DNA of 64,000 nt from an uncultured Gammaproteobacteria bacterium (GTDB taxonomy: Bacteria; Patescibacteriota; Microgenomatia; Levybacterales; UBA12049), in contig OZ246394.1 of NCBI GenBank assembly GCA_965230895.1, positions 441,316 to 505,315 of the forward strand, given 5' to 3'. How positions within the stretch are numbered: the first letter of the stretch is position 1; every line of letters begins with the position of its first letter. A program made the translations under genes and the position numbers. Below the pieces are notes generated by a model that saw only the letters and a list, made by a program, of their open reading frames with translations, made no database searches and was not told where the DNA came from. This document shows, one piece after another, positions 48,535-57,236 of this stretch.

Positions 48535-48566
48535 AAGTGTTTGAATATCCGTAACTCGGGAGTACT
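48535..48566. repeat. attR of the island
   Basis: aagtgtttgaatatccgtaactcgggagtact; ends in the tRNA 3' core. Confidence 0.8.
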
Positions 48567-48621
48567 AACAGATTAAAATAATTGACAAACTCTTCGTAAC
48601 CTTGGATACTATTTCTTAGAT

Positions 48622-48756
48622 ATGAAGAAACAAGCAATTACTCCGAAGAGGTTATTCGTATTGCTTCTTATAGCTACCGCAATCTTTCTTATTATAATTT
48701 CACTACCATGGATTTTAGTAAACTTTTGGATACTTATAGGTATTTTTTTCATATAG
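48622..48756 (+). CDS. Small hydrophobic protein (44 aa)
   Basis: MKKQAITPKRLFVLLLIATAIFLIIISLPWILVNFWILIGIFFI; TTGACA-17-GATACT upstream. Confidence 0.35.
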   Translation: MKKQAITPKRLFVLLLIATAIFLIIISLPWILVNFWILIGIFFI

Positions 48757-48937
48757 TTATTCATTACTTCTAGACTGGAGATGATATTGTATGCCTTTCA
48801 TTAGGTTTTGCGCTGATGGTAAAAGAGAATTATATGAATAAATTGGATTACATGAAGCTGTATTCGAAGAGATTTAATAGTTATAGAATATATTTACGTT
48901 CTCTGTTGCAGATTAATTAGTATTTGTGGAGAATAAA

Positions 48938-49447
48938 TTATACTTCTTTGATAACGCCGCAGACGATTCTTGGACCACCACTGATTTTTGAACCTGTTTC
49001 TCCACCTTTGTATGGATCAGGATTACCATGAATCATGAGAGATGTACCTTCACCTGAAAGAATACTTGCTGGTCCATCTGAAAGTGTAACACGAGTTGTG
49101 ATAGCTTCAAGCGTCCCCTTCCCTGAATCATCGACTGTAATGTTTGGGAGATCTCCTGCATGGAATGGATGATTCACGTCAGGATCAGAATTACCATTTG
49201 GGCCTGGATCGAAATGTCCTCCAGCACAGGTAAATGTTCCACTGCAATCTGCTTTCTCATGGATGTGTACTGCGTGCTTGCCAGGGACTAATTTTGTTGG
49301 GTCACCTTCAAGATGAACAGTAATCTTCACTACCTTTTGGTCATCAAATTGATATTCAATAAACTCTGCGTTACCGGTAATTCCTTCACCAAAGAGTTCA
49401 GCAGTAGCTTTTTTATTTTCTGTTCCTTCGAAGGAGAACAATTGCAT
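48938..49447 (-). CDS. sodC: Cu/Zn superoxide dismutase, no signal peptide
   Basis: HAVHIHE, GGHFDP, HPFHAGDL, IH..PD and GPRIVCG. Confidence 0.9.
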   Translation of the reverse strand: MQLFSFEGTENKKATAELFGEGITGNAEFIEYQFDDQKVVKITVHLEGDPTKLVPGKHAVHIHEKADCSGTFTCAGGHFDPGPNGNSDPDVNHPFHAGDLPNITVDDSGKGTLEAITTRVTLSDGPASILSGEGTSLMIHGNPDPYKGGETGSKISGGPRIVCGVIKEV

Positions 49448-49525
49448 ACCAATGATAATAGAATATCCAAAATGAAAATGCAATCTATTTTACGGGATTC
49501 TTACGCAGGACACTGAAGAGTTGAA

Positions 49526-49648
49526 TTATTTTCGATTTGCAGCTTTTGCTGCAAGCATTTCACTTTTTGCAGCACGTCTTTTTGCTGTCTTGTGAGGAGA
49601 CTTTAATTTTGCTCTTTTACTTCCGACACCGGTACTTCTTTTTGCCAT
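49526..49648 (-). CDS. Small very basic protein (40 aa), below the ORF-track cutoff
   Basis: MAKRSTGVGSKRAKLKSPHKTAKRRAAKSEMLAAKAANRK; TATAAT 6 nt upstream. Confidence 0.65.
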   Translation of the reverse strand: MAKRSTGVGSKRAKLKSPHKTAKRRAAKSEMLAAKAANRK

Positions 49649-49685
49649 GAAGCTATTATACACTATTTCTTAGAGAAAAAACAGA

Positions 49686-49907
49686 TCAGTTTTTGGCTTT
49701 ATGCTTACCCCAGTGGATGCGATTCCAGATACGTTCATGTATGTAGTATAAAACGGTATTTATAATATTCGAAATTATTGTAATACTTGTTGTGGTTTCA
49801 ACATCACCCGTCATCATATAAATTACGATAAACGTTGCAACAACAATAAGAAGTCTGTAGGTAATTGTTTTTGCTAGGGATCTTTTTACATGCTCGAAAT
49901 GCTTCAT
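49686..49907 (-). CDS. DUF2061 small membrane protein
   Basis: RSLAKTITYR...YY.HER.W..I.WG. Confidence 0.85.
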   Translation of the reverse strand: MKHFEHVKRSLAKTITYRLLIVVATFIVIYMMTGDVETTTSITIISNIINTVLYYIHERIWNRIHWGKHKAKN

Positions 49908-49929
49908 TTATCCAGTATAGCAGAGAGCT

Positions 49930-50244
49930 TTACACTTTTTCAGCGTACACGTTTATCGCATGAATGATCGGAAGCAATGCCATACCTTTTGTAGTTAAGT
50001 TATAAGCGACGGAAACTTTATCGACAGTCTCTTTCTCCTTCATGACGATTTGCTCTTGCTCAAGTTTCTTGAGGCGATCAGTCAATGTCGCAGGACATAT
50101 ATCAGGTACGGTCCTTTCAAGTTCACTAAAGCGCATCTGCTTCTGAGAAAGCATGGCAATAATGTTCAAGATATATGCGTCCCCGATAACTTTTACCACA
50201 TTTTGGAACTCTTTTGAGATGGCTTTTGGTTGTACTGTTGACAT
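49930..50244 (-). CDS. HxlR family transcriptional regulator
   Basis: RFSEL, L..RLK.LE, V.Y.LT.KG. Confidence 0.85.
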   Translation of the reverse strand: MSTVQPKAISKEFQNVVKVIGDAYILNIIAMLSQKQMRFSELERTVPDICPATLTDRLKKLEQEQIVMKEKETVDKVSVAYNLTTKGMALLPIIHAINVYAEKV

Positions 50245-50385
50245 GATTTGTGAACTTTAGTACTATACTTTTCATAGTACTATTATTTTTATAGTAAGTG
50301 TATTGTACTCCTTTATGCCTAGAAAATTCAATTACTTCACAACTTGTATCCCACAAAAGTTTTCCTTGAAAGGAGGTGAAATAAT

Positions 50386-51318
50386 TTGAAAGCAGCACAA
50401 TTAAAAGAATACGGTGAAAAAGACAATGTGCAAGTTACTGATATCCCCCAACCTGAAATAACTGAAGGAAATATCCTTGTAGAAGTTTATGCAGCAGGTG
50501 TGAATCCTGTTGATTGGAAAGTGCAATATGGTTATATGAAGGACATGCTCCCTCCACTTCCAATTACCTTGGGCGGAGACATCGCTGGAGTTGTAAAAGC
50601 AATCGGCGCTGGAGTAACGAATTTCAAAGAAGGTGATGAAGTCTACGGACAAGGAAGTGTCTTGGGTAAAGCAAGTGGTGCATTTGCAGAGTTTGATCTG
50701 ACATCAGCCAATTCAATAGGCTTAAAACCTGAAAAAATTTCCTTTACAGAAGCAGGAGCAGCGCCTTTAACAGGAGTCAGTGCGGTACAAGCATTGTATG
50801 ATCATATCGGTTTAACAAGTGATCAAAAGATTCTTATCCATGGAGGTGCAGGCGGCATTGGATCTATGGCAATCCAGATTGCCAAACATATTGGTGCACA
50901 TGTCATTACAACTGTCAGTACTAATGATGTTGAGTTCGCAAAGAGTTTAGGAGCTGATGAAGTCATCGACTACAAGAGTTTACAGTTTGAAACTATTGTA
51001 AAAGACGTTGACGCAGTATTTGACCTCGTTGGTGGAGAAAGCAATAAGAAATCCTATGCTGTCCTCAAAAAAGGAGGCAAACTCGTTTCTATGGTAATGC
51101 CAGGAGATGATGAACTTGCTAAACAGTATGAAGTTGAAGCGATGGTGCAATGGACAAAAGTAACCACTGAACGACTGGATAAGCTTACACAACTTATCAA
51201 TGATGGAGTTGTCAATGTACACATTGAGAAAACATTTACACTCGATGAAGCAGCAAATGCATTAGCATATCTTCACGATACACCACCAAAAGGTAAGGTG
51301 GTTATATCTATAAAATAA
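50386..51318 (+). CDS. NADP-dependent MDR-family (quinone) oxidoreductase
   Basis: GVNPVD, G.D.AG.V, IHGGAGGIG, GKVV; TTG start with AGGAGGTG RBS. Confidence 0.9.
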   Translation: MKAAQLKEYGEKDNVQVTDIPQPEITEGNILVEVYAAGVNPVDWKVQYGYMKDMLPPLPITLGGDIAGVVKAIGAGVTNFKEGDEVYGQGSVLGKASGAFAEFDLTSANSIGLKPEKISFTEAGAAPLTGVSAVQALYDHIGLTSDQKILIHGGAGGIGSMAIQIAKHIGAHVITTVSTNDVEFAKSLGADEVIDYKSLQFETIVKDVDAVFDLVGGESNKKSYAVLKKGGKLVSMVMPGDDELAKQYEVEAMVQWTKVTTERLDKLTQLINDGVVNVHIEKTFTLDEAANALAYLHDTPPKGKVVISIK

Positions 51319-51383
51319 CGTTAGTATTGCTTAAGGAAACCTTAAGTATTACTTTATAATCTGAATGAAAGGAGGTGAATTAT

Positions 51384-51911
51384 ATGGAAGGACAAAATAC
51401 AAATACTCAGTCAACTGAGAAAAAAAGTAGTAATGGAGGACTTATCGCGATTATCGGAATAATCGTTATTGTTCTTGTCGGTGTCATCGGCTACCAAACT
51501 ATGACAAAGCAACAAAGTACTACGAATCAAACACAAACGCAAACACCAGCAACACAAGAACAGACAGCAGAAACAACACAGCCAACAACAGGTGAAACAA
51601 CAACAGGAGCGTATAAAGATGGGACATACACAGCTGTAGGAAATTACACTTCTCCTGGGGGACAGGAAGAGGTTGATGTGACATTGACTATCGCAAACGG
51701 TGTTGTAACAGATTCAGAATTTGTATCAAAAGCAACACGACCGATTTCAAAGGAACGTCAAGCTGATTTTGGTGCACATTACAAAGATCAAGTAGTTGGA
51801 AAGAGTCTTGATGAGATCGAACTTGGAAAAGTTTCAGGATCATCACTTACACCAAAAGGATTTAACGACGCAGTATCAAAGATTAAAGCAGAAGCCGGAT
51901 CACAATCGTAA
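51384..51911 (+). CDS. Membrane-anchored FMN-binding domain protein
   Basis: TM, Thr/Gln linker, YKDGTY...Y.SP and VSGSSLT..GF..A (flavinylation-like motif). Confidence 0.7.
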   Translation: MEGQNTNTQSTEKKSSNGGLIAIIGIIVIVLVGVIGYQTMTKQQSTTNQTQTQTPATQEQTAETTQPTTGETTTGAYKDGTYTAVGNYTSPGGQEEVDVTLTIANGVVTDSEFVSKATRPISKERQADFGAHYKDQVVGKSLDEIELGKVSGSSLTPKGFNDAVSKIKAEAGSQS

Positions 51912-51927
51912 GAAGGAATACAGTGAC

Positions 51928-51970
51928 AAAGGCAGAGTATGGAATTCCGAATTCATACTCTGCTTTTTTG
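51928..51970. terminator. Terminator between convergent genes
   Basis: ggcagagtatg/catactctgc stem followed by a T-run. Confidence 0.75.
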
Positions 51971-51983
51971 TTGCAGAAGAAAT

Positions 51984-53321
51984 TTATAACTCGTGCTCTT
52001 CCCCATTGAGAGGAACAACTACATCTTTAAAGCCTAAATCACTTTTCACCTTTTGCGAGAAGACATCTCTTTGTACAGTATCACCGTGGATAATAAACAC
52101 TTTTTTGACTCCCTGAATATGCTTGAGCCAATCTAACAATTTTGGCTGATCAGCATGAGAACTCATCGTAGTCTCCCGAATTGCGGCTCGGACATTGATG
52201 AACTTATCATAGATTCTGACCTTTCGAGCACCTTGGAGAATTTTCCTTCCCAATGTTTCTTCCGCTTGATATCCAACAAAAAGCAATCGTGAATTTTTCA
52301 ATGGAAGATAATTGAGTGCGTGATGAAGGATTCGACCTCCAGAAAGCATTCCAGAACCTGCCACAATTACTTTTGGATCAATTGCTTTAATTATTTCTTT
52401 ACTATCTCGAGCTTCTGATGTCACAGCTAAGCCTTCAAAATTGAATGGATCATCATTGTGACTTTGCAATTCCTGATTATAGAACTCGCGATATTGGCGG
52501 AAAATTTCTGTCGCCCGGATACCCATAGGACTGTCCATAAATACAGGCGTATCTCTTTGAATTTTTCCTTCTTTCTTCAAATGATAAATTCTATGGAGAA
52601 TCTCTTGCGTTCGTTCAAGTGAAAAGGCCGGAATCATGAGAACACCACTGTCCCGCTCAGCCGCATTAATCTCTTCTTGTATGACTTTCGATGGATCCTC
52701 TTTCGGATGTACTTTATCTCCATAGGTCGATTCCATTACGACGATATCTGCACTATCAATATAATCTGTCGGACGGATAATATCTTCTGGCGTATTGCCT
52801 AAATCTCCACTAAAGACAATTTTTCTCCCATCACCTTTATCAGTCACTTCAATACTTGCTGATCCGAGAATATGTCCAGCATTTTTGAAATTTACAGTAA
52901 AAGGTCCAAAAACAACCGGTTTGTCGTATTCAACAATTTCGACAAGCTTGAGCGTCTTTTCAACTTCTTCAAGACCATACAATGGTGGAACATCGATTTT
53001 CTCCTCAGCAATTTTTGCCGAATCATTTAAAATAACTTCCATTAAAGCAAATGTCGGAGCCGTCATATAAATTTTCCCGGCAAATCCTCCGTAGACAAGC
53101 AGTGGCAAGCGTCCACAATGATCTAAATGTGCATGAGTAAGGACAACGCCTTTTACTTGTGCTGGATTAAATTGAAGCGGCTGGTAATTAAGGTTTGCAA
53201 TTTCTTTTGGTCCCTGGAACATACCGAGGTCAACAAGAAGCTGACTTTCATCATCAGCAGTTAAAAGAAAAGAAGAGCCAGTAACTTCTCCAGAGGCACC
53301 AAGGAATTTTAATTTTTTCAT
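51984..53321 (-). CDS. MBL-fold beta-CASP ribonuclease
   Basis: EVTGS, THAHLDHCG, GHILGS, SGDLG, ESTYG, SSHAD, HGD. Confidence 0.9.
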   Translation of the reverse strand: MKKLKFLGASGEVTGSSFLLTADDESQLLVDLGMFQGPKEIANLNYQPLQFNPAQVKGVVLTHAHLDHCGRLPLLVYGGFAGKIYMTAPTFALMEVILNDSAKIAEEKIDVPPLYGLEEVEKTLKLVEIVEYDKPVVFGPFTVNFKNAGHILGSASIEVTDKGDGRKIVFSGDLGNTPEDIIRPTDYIDSADIVVMESTYGDKVHPKEDPSKVIQEEINAAERDSGVLMIPAFSLERTQEILHRIYHLKKEGKIQRDTPVFMDSPMGIRATEIFRQYREFYNQELQSHNDDPFNFEGLAVTSEARDSKEIIKAIDPKVIVAGSGMLSGGRILHHALNYLPLKNSRLLFVGYQAEETLGRKILQGARKVRIYDKFINVRAAIRETTMSSHADQPKLLDWLKHIQGVKKVFIIHGDTVQRDVFSQKVKSDLGFKDVVVPLNGEEHEL

Positions 53322-53366
53322 CTTTATTTAGTATAGTTCGTTAGTGAAGAGATTGCTAGAAGATGT

Positions 53367-54086
53367 TTACACTCCAGCAACACCAACCATAGAACCGACA
53401 ATTGAGGTTGCAATCATAGCAAGCGCACCACCGATAACAACTCGTACTGTTGCACGAAAAGGATTTGCTCCACCAACTTTTGCACTGATTGTCCCTGTGA
53501 GAACAAGCGCAACAAGAACTGCCACAAATGTCACAGGAACTTTCAAATCACTTGCAGGTAATAAAATTGCAATCAGCGGAATCATTGCGCCCAAGGTAAA
53601 CGATGCAGCTGAGGCTAATGCCGCATGCCAAGGATTCGTTAAATTATTTGGATCTATACCGAATTCCACATCAGCGTGAGCTGCAAATGCATCTTTTTCA
53701 GATAATTCTGTCGCGACAACATGAGCTGTGTGTTTACTTAAACCTTTTTGTTCATAAATTTTTGCAAGTTCTTCCAATTCATGTTCAGGATTCTCTCGTA
53801 ATGCAATCCGTTCTTCTTCTAAAAGCGCTTTCTCTGTATCTCTTGCGCTACTTACTGAGACATATTCTCCCGCAGCCATAGATATTGCGCCAGCTATAAT
53901 GCCAGCCATACCTGCTGTAAATATCACTTCATGTGAACTTGTTGCACTCGCCACACCGACAACCAAACCTGCGATTGAAACGATTCCGTCATTGGCACCA
54001 AGCACAGCAGCACGAAGCCAATTAAGTTTGGCACTGTGGTTCGATACAAGTTCTTCGCTTAGTAACTGCTCTTTTTCGGTACTCAT
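53367..54086 (-). CDS. VIT1/CCC1 family Fe/Mn transporter
   Basis: LRAAVLGANDGIVS, SMAAGEYVSV. Confidence 0.95.
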   Translation of the reverse strand: MSTEKEQLLSEELVSNHSAKLNWLRAAVLGANDGIVSIAGLVVGVASATSSHEVIFTAGMAGIIAGAISMAAGEYVSVSSARDTEKALLEEERIALRENPEHELEELAKIYEQKGLSKHTAHVVATELSEKDAFAAHADVEFGIDPNNLTNPWHAALASAASFTLGAMIPLIAILLPASDLKVPVTFVAVLVALVLTGTISAKVGGANPFRATVRVVIGGALAMIATSIVGSMVGVAGV

Positions 54087-54095
54087 AGCATGGAG

Positions 54096-55100
54096 TTATT
54101 GTTTGACTATATTTTGTCCGTTGCCGGAAAGAAGTTTTTGAACGTTTTCTATCGTAACATCAAGGATTTGATGAACTGATTCTGTACTGTTAAATCCGTT
54201 GTGAGAAGTATACAAGACATCGTCACGACTTATAAGCATATGGTCCATAAGTTGTGTTTTAATGTCACATGATTTAAAGAACTCTTCTGTAAGCAATTCT
54301 CTTTCTTCTTTCAAACCACACTCTTCTTCGAGAACATCAAGCCCGGCACCTCTCAATATACCACTTTCCAATCCGTATAAAATTGCTTGTGTTTCAACCA
54401 ACGGTCCACGCGCAGTGTTAATCAGTATACTTCCCTTTTTAAACTTTTGGATATTTTCTTTATTCACCAAATGATGTGTTTCAGGAGTATGTGGCACATG
54501 CAAAGTAACAATATCTGAATTCGCGAACAGCTCATCAAGCCCTACAGCTTTAATTCCCTCCTGCCCAGCAACTTCTTCAGGATGACGTGTGTACAGTAAA
54601 ACATTCATTTCAAATGCTCGTGACAGCCGTACTACTTTATCTCCAATCTTTCCAGCACCAACAACGCCAATTGTCTTACCTGCAAGATCAAATCCTGTCA
54701 GATCATGAAGATCGAAATCTCCTCTTTTTGCACGATTTACCGTTCTTACTAATTTTCGACTCAACGCTAAAATCAACGCAAAGGTATGTTCCGCTACCGT
54801 GTGGGCTCCATATGTTGGGACGTTAACAACTGTAATATTTCGTTCTTTACAATAGTTAAGATCGATATGATCAAATCCTGTTGATCGTGTAGCAATAACT
54901 TTCAGATTTGGAAATTTTGCGAGTACATCGGCTGCCATTTGAGAATAGATGAATGTTGAAATAATTGTAGATTTTAAGAAGTTCTCATCGGTTACTTCAT
55001 GTCCCTTATCTGCTGTAAAATACAAAGTATCTTGAGGGAAAGATTTGGTTATATATTCTTTTTCCCAATCTTCAATTTCGAAAAATGTAATCGTTTCCAC
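54096..55100 (-). CDS. D-2-hydroxyacid (D-lactate) dehydrogenase
   Basis: RSTGFDHID, VAEH, G.G.IG, INTARG, LDVLE; likely GTG start at 55100. Confidence 0.85.
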   Translation of the reverse strand: METITFFEIEDWEKEYITKSFPQDTLYFTADKGHEVTDENFLKSTIISTFIYSQMAADVLAKFPNLKVIATRSTGFDHIDLNYCKERNITVVNVPTYGAHTVAEHTFALILALSRKLVRTVNRAKRGDFDLHDLTGFDLAGKTIGVVGAGKIGDKVVRLSRAFEMNVLLYTRHPEEVAGQEGIKAVGLDELFANSDIVTLHVPHTPETHHLVNKENIQKFKKGSILINTARGPLVETQAILYGLESGILRGAGLDVLEEECGLKEERELLTEEFFKSCDIKTQLMDHMLISRDDVLYTSHNGFNSTESVHQILDVTIENVQKLLSGNGQNIVKQ

Positions 55101-55414
55101 AAATCTATTGTACACCCATTGTTGAGATGAAACAATTACATTACGTTTAGCCCATGGATTCAAGCAAATTATCTTACGGACTTCTTACTGATTATTTATC
55201 GAAAATAATAAGAATATGAGTACCATAGAAGTAATCATCCCAAAACGGCGGAGGGCGTAATAGTAAGAGAGCTCTAGCGAAACAAAATCCAAAGTTACGG
55301 GATGATTTTTGTGGAATATCTACTTATTTTATATCCTCAATAAGGTATAATGCAGTAATACATCTAACAACTCTTGTACAAGAGTTGTTTTTTTGTTACA
55401 ATTTAGACCTATAG

Positions 55415-55443
55415 TTGACATTTGTGGCTAAATTTGGTACACT
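55415..55443 (+). promoter_or_regulatory. sigma70 promoter
   Basis: TTGACA-17 bp-TACACT. Confidence 0.65.
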
Positions 55444-55457
55444 AGCCTCATAAAATT

Positions 55458-56699
55458 ATGGTTATTTCAAACCTAACATACGTAAAAAACACTAATACTG
55501 TCACAGTATCAGCTGACATTAACTTCCGCGGCAAGAAAATAGAACGGGCTTATATCACAACCGACAAAAAGTATGAACGCTTTATTGTAAAAGATTACAC
55601 AGCATTCCTGGCCGCTGTACTCCTTCCATGTATGAAGACAGGTGAAAATATCTATGTAGATGGTGCAGTTTCAGAACAATTCCTTGCAAACACCAATGAT
55701 ATCATGAAACTCCTCGTAAAATGGCAAGTTGGACTTACCCGTATAAAGATTCGTGCAAAGGAAACAAATGTAGATACATTTAAGCCTCGATATACAGGAA
55801 GTTTCTTTACAGCCGGTGTTGATTCTTTCTATACCTATTTGCGAAATAAAGATAAGAAGACAACCAAAGTTTCTCATCTTGTTATTGTCCATGGCTTTGA
55901 TGTGCCACTCTCAAATAAGCCTTTTTATAATAAAGTAAAAGCCACTGTTGAAAAAGTGGCTCAAGAAGAAAAAATTAATGCAATTTCACTTGAAACAAAT
56001 CTTGGAGAAATTATAGAAAAACGATTGGTCTGGGATTTTGCGCATGGTGGAGCGCTTGCAGCAATAGCTCTTATTTTAAGAAAGCAAATGAAAAATATGC
56101 TCATTCCAGGCGCAGTTCGTAATGACCAACTCTTCCCTTACGGTACACATCCAGAACTTGATGTACTTTGGTCAACTGAAACGCTCAATGTTAAAAGTGA
56201 TGGCGGAGAGCATGACCGTATGGGTAAAGTTACAAGTTTAGTAAGTAAATCCCCTCTTGCTTTAAAATACCTACGAGTTTGTACACAAAACCTTGAAGGT
56301 AAATATAATTGCTCACGATGTTACAAATGTTTGATGACAATGATGTATCTTGTCGGTTCAAATACATTATCCAAATCTAAGACCTTTGAGAAGAAAATCA
56401 ATATTGATGCAGTTCGGAGGATGTACTATGACTACAAACTAAAGTATAATATACAAGGAGAGCAAGCGCTCGCACTTTTGAAACGCAAAAAGATTAACCC
56501 AGAGTTGCAAGAAGCAATCGCATTTAGTCTTGAGAAAAGTAAAAAGCCGCAATTTGTAAAACAAGTATCACAAACAATTGCTGCATGGGATCAAAAGTAT
56601 AACGATCGAAGATTGTATCAATTCATTTTCAAAATGAATGATAAGAACGATCGAAACGCCCTTTTCAAATTCTTATTTAAGAAAGGTTTATTAAAATAA
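55458..56699 (+). CDS. PP-loop-like (adenine nucleotide alpha-hydrolase) protein with Cys cluster
   Basis: FTAGVDS (SGGxDS-like), GTHP.LD..WS, LRVC...NCSRCYKC. Confidence 0.55.
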   Translation: MVISNLTYVKNTNTVTVSADINFRGKKIERAYITTDKKYERFIVKDYTAFLAAVLLPCMKTGENIYVDGAVSEQFLANTNDIMKLLVKWQVGLTRIKIRAKETNVDTFKPRYTGSFFTAGVDSFYTYLRNKDKKTTKVSHLVIVHGFDVPLSNKPFYNKVKATVEKVAQEEKINAISLETNLGEIIEKRLVWDFAHGGALAAIALILRKQMKNMLIPGAVRNDQLFPYGTHPELDVLWSTETLNVKSDGGEHDRMGKVTSLVSKSPLALKYLRVCTQNLEGKYNCSRCYKCLMTMMYLVGSNTLSKSKTFEKKINIDAVRRMYYDYKLKYNIQGEQALALLKRKKINPELQEAIAFSLEKSKKPQFVKQVSQTIAAWDQKYNDRRLYQFIFKMNDKNDRNALFKFLFKKGLLK

Positions 56700-57235
56700 T
56701 GGAACTTATTGCATTACTGACATTAGGAATAGTCATCATCAAAGTATTATGGATTCGTACTGAAATTAAGTTTTCAAAAGAACGAATTAATTTCGACATG
56801 ATTAAAACAAACTTTGTTGAAGCAGCAATACTCGTTTTGCAAATACTTGCAGCAATCTTTACTCCGATTCCTCAAACTCCATTCTCATTCTTAATTACAA
56901 TTGCTGGTGTTGCGATGTATATTGGTGGATTTATCCTCGCGATCTGGGCAAAGAACACAATGAGCAAATCTTGGGGAGTCCCGGGAGAGCATCATAAGAA
57001 ACAAGATAAGCTTGTAACCGAAGGACCTTTCGGGTTCTCACGAAATCCTATTTATCTCGCGTTCATGATGATCTATTTCGGTTTTGCAATTGCAATCCAA
57101 AGTTGGCTTATTATTTTGAGAATCCCTCTTGCAATTTACTTCTATAAATCAGCAGTTCGTGAAGAAAAGAATCTCGAAAAAATATTTGGTAAAGAATACA
57201 CAGACTACAAAAAACGCGTCCCCCGATTCATTTAA
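56699..57235 (+). CDS. Isoprenylcysteine carboxyl methyltransferase / PEMT family
   Basis: LVT.GP...SRNP.Y, EE..L...FG.EY..Y...VPRF. Confidence 0.85.
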   Translation: MELIALLTLGIVIIKVLWIRTEIKFSKERINFDMIKTNFVEAAILVLQILAAIFTPIPQTPFSFLITIAGVAMYIGGFILAIWAKNTMSKSWGVPGEHHKKQDKLVTEGPFGFSRNPIYLAFMMIYFGFAIAIQSWLIILRIPLAIYFYKSAVREEKNLEKIFGKEYTDYKKRVPRFI

Positions 57236-57236
57236 A

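Larger units (their letters stand above)
34368..48566. mobile_element. Composite tRNA-Arg-integrated island (two tandem units, junction near 44720-44729)
   Basis: Core cgggagtact at 34368-34377 and 48557-48566; internal att-like copy at 44699-44746; recombinase at the left end. Confidence 0.85.

Noticed and set aside
34337-48566. Complete prophage or ICE
   Set aside because: No terminase, capsid, tail, lysis, relaxase or T4SS genes between the att sites.
48588-48612. Possible third att-like site (cgtaac...tac)
   Set aside because: Too few matches, and it coincides with a TTGACA-17-GATACT promoter.
55458-56699. Calling this gene queC and linking it to tgt/yhhQ
   Set aside because: Much longer than QueC, lacks its other motifs, lies more than 20 kb away, and no queD/queE/queF is nearby.
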